A stretch of DNA of 64,000 nucleotides. Source: an uncultured Candidatus Saccharibacteria bacterium (GTDB lineage Bacteria; Patescibacteriota; Minisyncoccia; Phycocordibacterales; UBA918). Below are positions 46,890 to 55,315 of this stretch, in pieces. The notes under the pieces are model-generated. The model worked only from the letters and a program-made list of their open reading frames with translations, was not told the origin of the DNA and searched no databases. The stretch spans positions 271,672-335,671 of the forward strand of contig CAYNQD010000001.1 in NCBI GenBank assembly GCA_964399295.1, read 5' to 3'. The position numbers and the translations under genes were made by a program. The first letter of the stretch is position 1; each line of letters starts with the position of its first letter.

Positions 46890-48671
46890 TTACCCTTTCT
46901 TCCTCTCCCCCTCTTTCAGCTTCGACTTACGCAAACGTACATTTTGAGGAGTAATTTCCAAATACTCATCATCAGACATAATTTCCAGCCCCACTTCGAT
47001 AGAAATAACTCTTGGTGGTGTCAAAACTATGGCATCATCCGAGCCGGAGGCGCGCATGTTTGTGAGCTGCTTGCCTTTAGTGGGATTTACGGTCATTTCC
47101 TCACCCTTTGAAGTATTACCAATCACCATTCCTTCATATACTTCCGTACCGGCTCCGATATAAAGCTGTCCACGATCCTGCAAGCCAAACAAAGCAAAGC
47201 CAAGCGCCTTTCCTTGTATCATTGAAATCATTGAACCGGCCTGGCGTTTCTTGATTTCACCGGCGTATGGCCTAAAGCCCAACACTCGTGAAGCCAAAAT
47301 CCCCTCACCTTTGGTATCAACAATAAACTGATTTTTGTATCCCAAAAGACCGCGTGTTGGGCCTTCAAAAATAAGTCGCACCTGATTTTCGTGCATTATC
47401 ATATTGGTCATGATAAAAGCGCGATTGCCAAGCCGTTCGATTACCGCACCCTGAAACTCAGAAGGAATATCGACAGTCACCTCTTCAAACGGTTCAGTCT
47501 TGGTGCCGTTTTCTTCTTTAATAATTACTTGTGGCTGTGACACAGCCATTTCGTAGCCTTCACGACGCATATTTTCGAGTAAAATCGCGATGTGCATTTC
47601 ACCACGTCCCCGCACTTCAAAATTGTCGCCGCTGGAGAAATCTACCTGCAAACCAACATTGATTTCCAATTCTTTTTCCAATCGTTCGCGGATTTGTCTT
47701 GAGGTCACAAACTTACCTTCCCTACCGGCAAATGGTGAAGAATTGGGCATAAATTGCAAAGCGATGGTTGGTTCATCGACAGCAATCGCTGGCAATGGCT
47801 CAGCTGTTTCATTGTTGGTCAAAGTGTCACCGATATTGATATCAGCAAATCCGGCAATCATCACGATATCACCAGCAAAGGCTTCCGGTGTTTCTTGTTT
47901 TTGGACACCTTTAAAAGTAGAAAGCTTTACCACTTTGCCTTTAGCGGTTTCAGTGCCTGGGTGTTTAACAAATAACGACTGATTAGCTTTGATTGAACCC
48001 TCATAGATACGAGCTACCGCCAGCCGACCAAGGAAGTTGTCATAACCAAGATTAAACACCTGTGCGCGCAAATCTTCGCCTTCCACATAGCCGCGAGCCG
48101 GCGAAACCTCCTCAATAATAACATCAAGTAGCGGTGTGAGGTCTTTCAACTCATCACTCATTTTACGCTTGGCGGTACCATCACGGCCAACAGCGTAGAC
48201 TACGGTAAAATCAGACTGGTCATCATTGGCTCCCAGCTCAAGGAAAAGCTCAAGTACCTGCTCCTCGGTGCGGTCTGGATCGGCAGCCGGCTTGTCTATT
48301 TTATTGATGATCACAATCGGCTTTAGTCCTAGTTCCAAAGACTTCTTGAGCACAAAGCGGGTCTGTGGCATTGGCCCCTCCTGCGCGTCTACCACCAAAA
48401 GCACAGAGTCAATAGAGCGCAGCACCCGCTCCACTTCCGAACCAAAATCCGCGTGACCAGGCGTGTCTACGATGTTGATTTTTGTGCCTTTGTATTCGAC
48501 TGAGGTGTTTTTGGCGTAAATCGTAATCCCGCGCTCACGCTCGAGCGCGTTGCTATCCATAGAAGCCTCGCCCTCGCGCGCGCCGGTCTGCTCCATCAAA
48601 GCATCGGTCAAAGTGGTCTTGCCGTGGTCTACGTGAGCAATAATGGCGATATTACGAATTTCTTGTGACAT
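46890..48671 (-). CDS. typA: translational GTPase TypA/BipA
   Basis: G-domain AIIAHVDHGKTTL, DTPGHADF, NKIDK. EF-G-like domain order and overall TypA length. Confidence 0.95.
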   Translation of the reverse strand: MSQEIRNIAIIAHVDHGKTTLTDALMEQTGAREGEASMDSNALERERGITIYAKNTSVEYKGTKINIVDTPGHADFGSEVERVLRSIDSVLLVVDAQEGPMPQTRFVLKKSLELGLKPIVIINKIDKPAADPDRTEEQVLELFLELGANDDQSDFTVVYAVGRDGTAKRKMSDELKDLTPLLDVIIEEVSPARGYVEGEDLRAQVFNLGYDNFLGRLAVARIYEGSIKANQSLFVKHPGTETAKGKVVKLSTFKGVQKQETPEAFAGDIVMIAGFADINIGDTLTNNETAEPLPAIAVDEPTIALQFMPNSSPFAGREGKFVTSRQIRERLEKELEINVGLQVDFSSGDNFEVRGRGEMHIAILLENMRREGYEMAVSQPQVIIKEENGTKTEPFEEVTVDIPSEFQGAVIERLGNRAFIMTNMIMHENQVRLIFEGPTRGLLGYKNQFIVDTKGEGILASRVLGFRPYAGEIKKRQAGSMISMIQGKALGFALFGLQDRGQLYIGAGTEVYEGMVIGNTSKGEEMTVNPTKGKQLTNMRASGSDDAIVLTPPRVISIEVGLEIMSDDEYLEITPQNVRLRKSKLKEGERKKG

Positions 48672-48854
48672 AAAATAAAAGTGTTAAAAACTAAAAACAA
48701 TAAAAACCTCACCCGCTTAACAAAAACGAGAGGAGTGCATCAACTAAGACAGCTGAAACGCTCAAAAGTGTGGTTAGAATACAGATAAAATCAAGTTTTG
48801 TCTACCTCTAAAATAGAATTCAACTTGTTGTACAGCGATTTTTGCCGGCATTTT

Positions 48855-49124
48855 TTAACTTTGACCGGATTTTTGCGCTACTAAAATCATTTTTTCCTGA
48901 CGGCTCAGCTTTTTTATACAAGCTTCCCTCTTGGCCGCCTCCATTCTACTGCGGCAAATTTCAGTATAGACCAAAGTCACCGGCCGGCGAACTTTGGTAT
49001 ATTTGGCACCGATTTTGGCTTGATTGTGTTCATTGAGTCTTCTGTCCGTATCGGTTGTAATGCCGGTATAAAGCGTGTCGTCAGCGCACCTCAATATATA
49101 CACAAACCAACAATCGGATTTCAT
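48855..49124 (-). CDS. GIY-YIG nuclease family protein (UPF0213/YhbQ-like)
   Basis: WFVYILRCADDTLYTGITTDTDRRLNEHN (GIY-YIG core with conserved R and E/N). Confidence 0.8.
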   Translation of the reverse strand: MKSDCWFVYILRCADDTLYTGITTDTDRRLNEHNQAKIGAKYTKVRRPVTLVYTEICRSRMEAAKREACIKKLSRQEKMILVAQKSGQS

Positions 49125-49193
49125 AAACTGCCATTAAAAGCCTGGTTGGCAAACCAAGCAAACACAAGCGCGGAAAACAAAATCACCAGAAAC

Positions 49194-49856
49194 TTAAGCA
49201 TTGGCTTTATTTGTAATCACATTACGCTTGCGCCAGGTAAGATAGAATATGATTAAAAGTAAAATAATTCCCAACGGATAGTGTACATAGCTGGATTTGA
49301 GCATTGAAAAAATCGAACCGCCGAAGAATTTTTGAAAAGTATATATTTGGGACAAAGTTTTAAAATAATCCTCCACAACCACATCTTCACCAACAATCAA
49401 AGCGTATTTGCCAAAATTATCAGGCGTACTAACCTCCACCCTATATACGCCAGGGCGCAAATCGGCGACAAAATCCTGGCTTTGACTAAAAGATAAGCCT
49501 AGGATTTTATCTTCCCTATCCTGCCAAATTATATCACTAGCCAACCGACCAATCTCAGACACGCCACCTTTATCCTCATTTTGTTGTACCACAATCAAAG
49601 ACAAGGCACTTGGTTCCTTTCCTTTCTCTTGAGCCAGAGCCAAAGTGAGTTTTGTTGATGTTCCGATAGCAAATTCATACATATGCGGATCACCCGTGAG
49701 TTCACCCAGATACTCACTTTGCAAATTTAAATCACTGTTGATAACCGACACTTCATAAGGAAGAGTCACGACATTTATAATAGGATTATAGGCCCAAGCC
49801 GGAGTAGCCAACAAAAAATAGCCTAAAATAAACGGTAAGATGGATTTAAATAACAT
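49194..49856 (-). CDS. hypothetical secreted protein with C-terminal TM anchor (220 aa)
   Basis: Signal peptide (ILPFILGYFLLATPAWA) and C-terminal TM (LGIILLLIIFYLTW) followed by basic residues. Confidence 0.4.
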   Translation of the reverse strand: MLFKSILPFILGYFLLATPAWAYNPIINVVTLPYEVSVINSDLNLQSEYLGELTGDPHMYEFAIGTSTKLTLALAQEKGKEPSALSLIVVQQNEDKGGVSEIGRLASDIIWQDREDKILGLSFSQSQDFVADLRPGVYRVEVSTPDNFGKYALIVGEDVVVEDYFKTLSQIYTFQKFFGGSIFSMLKSSYVHYPLGIILLLIIFYLTWRKRNVITNKANA

Positions 49857-49928
49857 TCCTTTATCATAACAAGAAAACAGCCGATTCTAAAGAATTGGCT
49901 GTTTTTATCTTTTATTTTTATGCTGGTT

Positions 49929-50351
49929 TTAGTATCTTTCGTGATTATGCTTTTCGTAGCTGTTGATAATTCCTGCTTCACGTAGAATTTCTTTGACAGT
50001 CACGTGATCGTTGGCTTGACGGGCTGCTCTCAGAGCATCGCCCTGTTCGGGGGTTAATCCCTCCACCCAGCCTCGGTGTTTGTGTTTATGTTTGCCTTTA
50101 TTATGGGCTTTTTTAATAACTTCCCGCAAATTTGCCACTTTCTCCTCATCAAAACCCGCCTTCAGCAAAACATCACGCGCTTTATCAATCTCACCTTGAG
50201 ACTTCAATTCGCGAGCCTGCACCAAGGCCTGTATTTGCTGCTCAGAAAAACCGGCTTTATTTAATTGTTCATTACCGACATAAGCCTGTACTCCGGTCGC
50301 AGTCACGGCAAAGGCGGCAATGGCTATCAACAACGCTTTTTTTGATTTCAT
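49929..50351 (-). CDS. small secreted helical-repeat protein with His-rich segment
   Basis: Signal peptide. Repeated KAGF(S/D)EE..(A/N)L motifs. HNKGKHKHKHRGW His/Lys cluster. C-terminal EKHNHERY. Confidence 0.45.
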   Translation of the reverse strand: MKSKKALLIAIAAFAVTATGVQAYVGNEQLNKAGFSEQQIQALVQARELKSQGEIDKARDVLLKAGFDEEKVANLREVIKKAHNKGKHKHKHRGWVEGLTPEQGDALRAARQANDHVTVKEILREAGIINSYEKHNHERY

Positions 50352-50440
50352 GTGTCCGAATTTAAACTTTTAAGCAAAAACTTAAACTTTGTGAATTATC
50401 TTCACTCTCTTTACTACGAATGCGAGAAATGCTTATTTCA

Positions 50441-50947
50441 TCAATTCAGAGTTTGAAAATGATTCCACAATTTTGCAAGACTACCCCAAGCTCCGCTGTC
50501 GTAGGCGACTCTGGTTTTGCAGGTGTCTAGCTCGTAGTCTTCACCCGCCCTTGTGATTTTAAATTTATAATCCACTCCCCCGTCACTCGAAGCGCAATTT
50601 GTGGCTAGACCCTTTTGTGATTGCTGTTTTAGGATTTTGGTGTCAACATTTCTTGTGAGCTCAGTCCGCAGAGAGCGCGGTATGATTCCTTCTTTACTCA
50701 CTGTTCCGACGTTTGTTTTTTTCACCAGCACTCGATAAGAGCCATCAGACAACAGCTGAAAAGACAAACAACCTTCCCTCTGGCAATTACCATAAGCCTC
50801 GCCTACAATGGAAAAATCGCTGTACGTATCTTCTTTTGAGATGCCGGAAAATTTAAAGCTATAGCCGGTAAGGTAAAAATAAAAGCCAGCCACCAACCCA
50901 ATGGTAAAAGTAATTAAAATACTTAATCTGTCTTGTTTGGTTATCAT
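50441..50947 (-). CDS. hypothetical TM-anchored protein with four Cys (168 aa)
   Basis: N-terminal TM (LSILITFTIGLVAGFYFYL). Cys pairs (CQREGC; C...C). Confidence 0.4.
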   Translation of the reverse strand: MITKQDRLSILITFTIGLVAGFYFYLTGYSFKFSGISKEDTYSDFSIVGEAYGNCQREGCLSFQLLSDGSYRVLVKKTNVGTVSKEGIIPRSLRTELTRNVDTKILKQQSQKGLATNCASSDGGVDYKFKITRAGEDYELDTCKTRVAYDSGAWGSLAKLWNHFQTLN

Positions 50948-51018
50948 GTCGGTATAATTATAGCATTACCAAATAGAAAACAGCCCGACACTGGAGATGT
51001 TGGGCTGTTGTTTGTTTT

Positions 51019-51420
51019 TTACTTTCTATCAGCAGTGGTAATGCCGTCGAAGTGTTCTTCTTTTTCGTCGGCCTTGGTGGGCTGCACCACGCCGTCCTTG
51101 TGCTCAGGATGAGTATAAATAGAATACAACTTCAAATCAGCATCGCCGGTGTTAATGACATTGTGCCAAGTGCCGGCTGGAATAATGACCACAAAATCGT
51201 CGGTCATGGCAAATTCTTCAGTGTTGTTTAGCACCAGCTTGGCCTGACCTTTCTCCACCCGAATAAATTGATCCAAACCATGGACTTCATTGCCAATTTC
51301 CTCGCCCGCTTTCAGACTCATCAAAACCAACTGCATGTAACGGCCGGTAAACACCACCCGCCTATAGTCGGTGTTGTTTAAGGTTTCTTCTTCAATATTT
51401 TCCAAATAATGTACGCTCAT
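51019..51420 (-). CDS. cupin-domain protein
   Basis: Cupin motifs G(x)5HxH-like (GEEIGNEVHGLDQFIRVEKGQ) and second motif (IPAGTWHNVINTG). Confidence 0.7.
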   Translation of the reverse strand: MSVHYLENIEEETLNNTDYRRVVFTGRYMQLVLMSLKAGEEIGNEVHGLDQFIRVEKGQAKLVLNNTEEFAMTDDFVVIIPAGTWHNVINTGDADLKLYSIYTHPEHKDGVVQPTKADEKEEHFDGITTADRK

Positions 51421-51489
51421 AGTTGTTTATTAGATTAACACCACTAATAATGTCTATTATAGCACACCTATTTTTAGCCGTTAATTTTC

Positions 51490-52167
51490 TTAAATAAGAT
51501 CGAACGGTATTTCTTTTATGTCAGTGACGCACACCGCCTGCAAATCATTTTCCGCGCTAAAGATAGGCAAAAGATGAAATTGCACCACTCCTTGCACCTT
51601 AGTACCTGGAGTAAATGACATGCGGTCATTAGTCAGGCTGTGCGTACCTTCAAAGGTTTCCGGTATATTCACCATGACCAAGCCGCCAGTGTTGACCAAG
51701 ATATCTCCCGGTGACTCAAAACTAATATCCACCACACCCGGATTTTCACCACACAACGCCACCTCACCCAAGCGGACGACATGATTGTGCCAGACAGGAT
51801 CATTGGCATCCACCTGCAACTCGCTATCCAAAACTCCAGCATGAGTCGCAGAAACAACGATAGCATCAGTACCTTTTTCGGTAATAACACCATAACCAAC
51901 CGCTCCGCTTTCACCCTGAAGCGGCATCAAGCCAAGAGAATTCATCTGCGCGGTAAATTCCTTATTACCGATAGTAACTTTGGCATCATGCAAATGATGA
52001 TCTACTTCACCAGCTTCGTGAGTATGACCATCATCAACATGACCATCTTCACTTACTATCGGAGTTGGGACGTTATTAGTTTCCGGTTGGTTATTTTTAT
52101 TGAAAGCAAAAATCCCCACCACCAAAACCAGCACCCCCGCGCTTAAAATTACTAAATTCTTATTCAT
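51490..52167 (-). CDS. secreted protein with N-terminal His/Asp-rich metal-binding-like segment
   Basis: Signal peptide, then VSEDGHVDDGHTHEAGEVDHHLHDAKV. Beta-rich remainder. Confidence 0.45.
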   Translation of the reverse strand: MNKNLVILSAGVLVLVVGIFAFNKNNQPETNNVPTPIVSEDGHVDDGHTHEAGEVDHHLHDAKVTIGNKEFTAQMNSLGLMPLQGESGAVGYGVITEKGTDAIVVSATHAGVLDSELQVDANDPVWHNHVVRLGEVALCGENPGVVDISFESPGDILVNTGGLVMVNIPETFEGTHSLTNDRMSFTPGTKVQGVVQFHLLPIFSAENDLQAVCVTDIKEIPFDLI

Positions 52168-52349
52168 GATTTATTTTTATTAGACTCAACTTCCCACCAT
52201 CGTCGGCTAACGACGAGGTAGTTTGTTGAAAAGTTGTTAAATTTTAGATTGTGACAACAAATTACTTACTGCACACTTAAAGATTATAGCTTATTGATTT
52301 ATTTTTTAAAGTAGTTATACTTAAGTATCTAACTTTACTTTATACATCT

Positions 52350-52673
52350 ATGGAAAAACCAGACCTTATTTTTAATCAAAATTGCTCAGTTCGTAAAGCC
52401 TTGGAAATTATCGGTGGCAAATGGTCAATTTTAATTTTTAACGAATTGCTTAAACACGAAATTCTGCGTTTTGGTGAACTCCGAAAAGTGTTGGGTAATG
52501 TCAACACCCGCACATTGACCTCCACCTTAAGACAATTGGAAGAAGTCGGCTTGATCGCCCGCAAAATCTACAGTGAAATCCCGCCCAAAGTTGAATACTC
52601 CCTTACCGCCAAAGGCAAAGAGTTGAAAGAGGTGCTAGTGCAACTCCAGCTCTGGTACGAAAAATGGCATTAA
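52350..52673 (+). CDS. HxlR-family (DUF24) winged-helix transcriptional regulator
   Basis: CSVRKALEIIGGKWSILIFNELL...RFGELRKVLGNVNTRTLTSTLRQLEEVGLIARKIYSEIPPKVEYSLT is the canonical HxlR-type HTH. Confidence 0.85.
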   Translation: MEKPDLIFNQNCSVRKALEIIGGKWSILIFNELLKHEILRFGELRKVLGNVNTRTLTSTLRQLEEVGLIARKIYSEIPPKVEYSLTAKGKELKEVLVQLQLWYEKWH

Positions 52674-52684
52674 AAGCCCCAATG

Positions 52685-54070
52685 CTAAATATCATGGTCA
52701 ATCTCCACTTCCTCGTAAGTGTCTACGTTCGGGGTGGATGGTTCTTCAGATTCAACCTCATGACTTTCCTCAACTTCTTCACTTATCATTTCTGTTTCTG
52801 TGTCAATCACCAAAGGAGCTGGGGCTGAATCCGTCGCCGTAAATTGCAAATGCAGACTCTTGGCAACCACATACCCACTCACATCACCAGATGAAGCCAA
52901 ATAACCCTTAAAAATAATATCAACTTCACAACTCTCACCAACATGATTATTTTGATTCATTAAAAAACCAAGGGACCAAGGGTTTGTAAACGAAACTTCA
53001 CTGCCGACTAAGCTAAGGAGGCTTCCGGAAAAAACCAGCGGCCAGCCCGCTTCCACGATCAAATCATCACAGAAAGCGGGCTGGCCGCTGGTTTTTTCTA
53101 CCAACACGTCATAAACCAATTCCTCGACATTGTCCAAATGAGGTGTCAATATCACTTCCAAACCACCTCCTTCCAGCTGTCCGCCAACAAAAACCAAAGA
53201 AGTGTAATTGGGACTAATGGAGAAATCCAAAGTTTGCGCTTTTAAGGAATTATCCACACTAGTCTCAATATCTTTAAGGTAAGAAAATGTTGAGTCGTCA
53301 AACGTACTCTGTCCAGCCAAAATCACCAGAAAAGCTATTGCCGCCGTCGCCATTGTCAAGCGCGGCTTGATATCATGATAAGCTTGAGCTGTATCAGATG
53401 ATAACGAAATCTTTGCTTCCGTTACCACTACTTTTTTTTTCTCAATCGGCTTTATGTCCAGCAAACGAGTTCTTACCACTACCGGCAGCACCTCTTTGGC
53501 CGGTAGTTTATTTGGATCAAAAGGAGCCACCACCAAAGGCATAATCATTTCTTTAGTAAATTTAATTTGTCGTATCCGCCTAACCTCTCGCCAGATTTTG
53601 GCAAGCTCGTCCAGAATTATCAGCAAAGCCGGAATACCCACCAAAAAAGCAAAGCCCATAGGCTGTCTGGCAAAATCCAACACAAAACCAACGTAGGGCA
53701 AGTCAAACACTACCTTGCCAATTACGTTATTTGGCGACACCAAATTTGCGTCGGCTTCTTCATTGGCATCACCCTTGGTAACAAAAAAATCTACTCCGCT
53801 CACATTTTCCATTCCAACAATCCGGTGCGTGGTGGGAATTTTTGAATTTTCCTCCGTAAAGGTTATAACATCGCCAATTCCATAATTAGCAGCCTCTTTA
53901 ATCACCACCACCGCTCCCGTCATGATAGCCGGCTCCATGGAACCTGATTTTACGATTTTTGCATCAAGAAAATCAGCTGCCGGCACGGAAGGCGCGACAA
54001 ACAAAACTCCCAGCCCAACAATAATCAGCCCGCAGATACCATATAGAAGAAAAGAAAATATTTTACTCAT
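52685..54070 (-). CDS. ER/archaeal-type signal peptidase I (SipW-like, S26B) with ~290-aa C-terminal extension
   Basis: N-terminal TM. Catalytic Ser motif KSGSMEP. Conserved His region ITFTEENSKIPTTHRIVG. Box D/E-like GDANEEADANLV. After a second TM, the extension contains AGQSTFDDSTFSYLKDIETSVDNSLKAQTLDFSI, resembling the cognate signal motif of the upstream genes. Acidic C-terminal tail. Confidence 0.8.
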   Translation of the reverse strand: MSKIFSFLLYGICGLIIVGLGVLFVAPSVPAADFLDAKIVKSGSMEPAIMTGAVVVIKEAANYGIGDVITFTEENSKIPTTHRIVGMENVSGVDFFVTKGDANEEADANLVSPNNVIGKVVFDLPYVGFVLDFARQPMGFAFLVGIPALLIILDELAKIWREVRRIRQIKFTKEMIMPLVVAPFDPNKLPAKEVLPVVVRTRLLDIKPIEKKKVVVTEAKISLSSDTAQAYHDIKPRLTMATAAIAFLVILAGQSTFDDSTFSYLKDIETSVDNSLKAQTLDFSISPNYTSLVFVGGQLEGGGLEVILTPHLDNVEELVYDVLVEKTSGQPAFCDDLIVEAGWPLVFSGSLLSLVGSEVSFTNPWSLGFLMNQNNHVGESCEVDIIFKGYLASSGDVSGYVVAKSLHLQFTATDSAPAPLVIDTETEMISEEVEESHEVESEEPSTPNVDTYEEVEIDHDI

Positions 54071-54072
54071 AC

Positions 54073-55263
54073 CTAACGATTGTTACCCCTAACTAAACTG
54101 ATAATAGCTTCTCGCACTCCCTCCAGCCGCGAAGTACTACCGACAATCGACTCAAAGGCTTCACTATTTATCGGAGCGGCTGGCTCTGCAGGAGTAGCAG
54201 GTGAAGCTGGCATAGCGGGACTGGCCGGAGCAACGGGCGTACTAGGCGATGAGGGCATACTGGGCGAAGTTGGTTTTGCAGGCTGAGCTGGACTGACTGG
54301 ATTAGTAGGATTGGCGGGCGAAGCCGGATCAGCTGGTTTTGCAGGTTCTGCCGGTTTGGCTGGCTCTGCCGGAGTAGCTGGCACACTAGGTTTTGGATTA
54401 TTGTTCCAATCATCTTCCCAATCATGATCTGGCTTGCACTTTTTATCTTTTTTATCCTTGCATTCCGGCTTTGGGTTGTCTGGCTTAGGCTCTAAAGCAC
54501 ATTTGAAGCCTTGATTATTTTTGGCCTGTACCGCCCGCAAACTCACGTCCACAGTCATTGAATCAGTCTGAATTATATTGCCCACTTGACTGCCATCACA
54601 ACTGACAGCCGCCGTGGCGAGATTGACATTCAGCCGACCGGCACACCACAGTACCCCCACATTATTTAGTGAATTAGCCGCCCACGACTGGCCGACAGTG
54701 GAATCAGCCAAAGGGTAAGTGATGTCGTCCAGCAAAATATCCGCTGTATTCACCACTCCGTCACCAAAAATCACCCCTTCCCCCACATCAAAAGCACTGT
54801 TTTTATTATCATCCAACCAAGCAAATAATTGCAAATGACTAGACAGTTCCCCACTCTCCGGGGTGAAGTCTACCAGACTTTCCGGCTCATTGATGCCATT
54901 TTCATAGTCCTGCAAATTCTTGAAATCAAGACAAACATAAGCCGGATTCTTTTTCACTTTCAGTCCGATGTTGTTTCGTCCATAATCTCCGGGCTTTACG
55001 TCGTCAAAGTCAAAAAAGTGATCCGCCCCAGGCACCAAATCTTTCAACTCCCAAGTCAAAGGCGACTGCAAAAGGCCGTTGTACCAAGTTTCACTGCTGA
55101 TAGTTAATTCCAATCCGTCCTTTTTATCATTATCCTTACTTTTCTTAGTGGCAAAAGTATAACCGGCTTTTGCGCCGTCAGCCGAAAGCAATACCAACAT
55201 CAACACCAAGCTCCCGCTCAGCATCATTATTTTTGCTCCTCGTTGGTAAAAGATTTTTGGCAT
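54073..55263 (-). CDS. TasA/camelysin-like (SipW-substrate family) secreted protein, divergent third paralog with Pro/Ala-rich C-terminal tail
   Basis: Shares FDFDDVKPGDYG, ESLVDFTPESGEL and QTDSMTVDVSLRAVQAKNNQGFKC blocks with the two upstream paralogs. The N-terminal cognate-signal motif is degenerate (GAKAGYTFATKKSK). C-terminal PAEPAKPAEPAKPADPASPANP... low-complexity tail. 2-bp gap to the peptidase gene. Confidence 0.65.
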   Translation of the reverse strand: MPKIFYQRGAKIMMLSGSLVLMLVLLSADGAKAGYTFATKKSKDNDKKDGLELTISSETWYNGLLQSPLTWELKDLVPGADHFFDFDDVKPGDYGRNNIGLKVKKNPAYVCLDFKNLQDYENGINEPESLVDFTPESGELSSHLQLFAWLDDNKNSAFDVGEGVIFGDGVVNTADILLDDITYPLADSTVGQSWAANSLNNVGVLWCAGRLNVNLATAAVSCDGSQVGNIIQTDSMTVDVSLRAVQAKNNQGFKCALEPKPDNPKPECKDKKDKKCKPDHDWEDDWNNNPKPSVPATPAEPAKPAEPAKPADPASPANPTNPVSPAQPAKPTSPSMPSSPSTPVAPASPAMPASPATPAEPAAPINSEAFESIVGSTSRLEGVREAIISLVRGNNR

Positions 55264-55315
55264 GAATAGCTAATTACACTAATATCAGCATCTACTCCCC
55301 TTCCTCTAAATAAAT

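Noticed and set aside
48672-48854. Possible small RNA or tRNA in the typA upstream region
   Set aside because: No tRNA T-loop (GGTTCGAAT) or cloverleaf is present. It is an AT-rich leader and promoter region without a convincing structured motif.
54160-54430. Small ORFs 54080..54286 (+) and 54168..54425 (-) in the Pro/Ala-rich tail region
   Set aside because: They are generated by the low-complexity GC-rich repeat encoding the PAEPAKP tail of the third TasA-like gene and are not independent genes.
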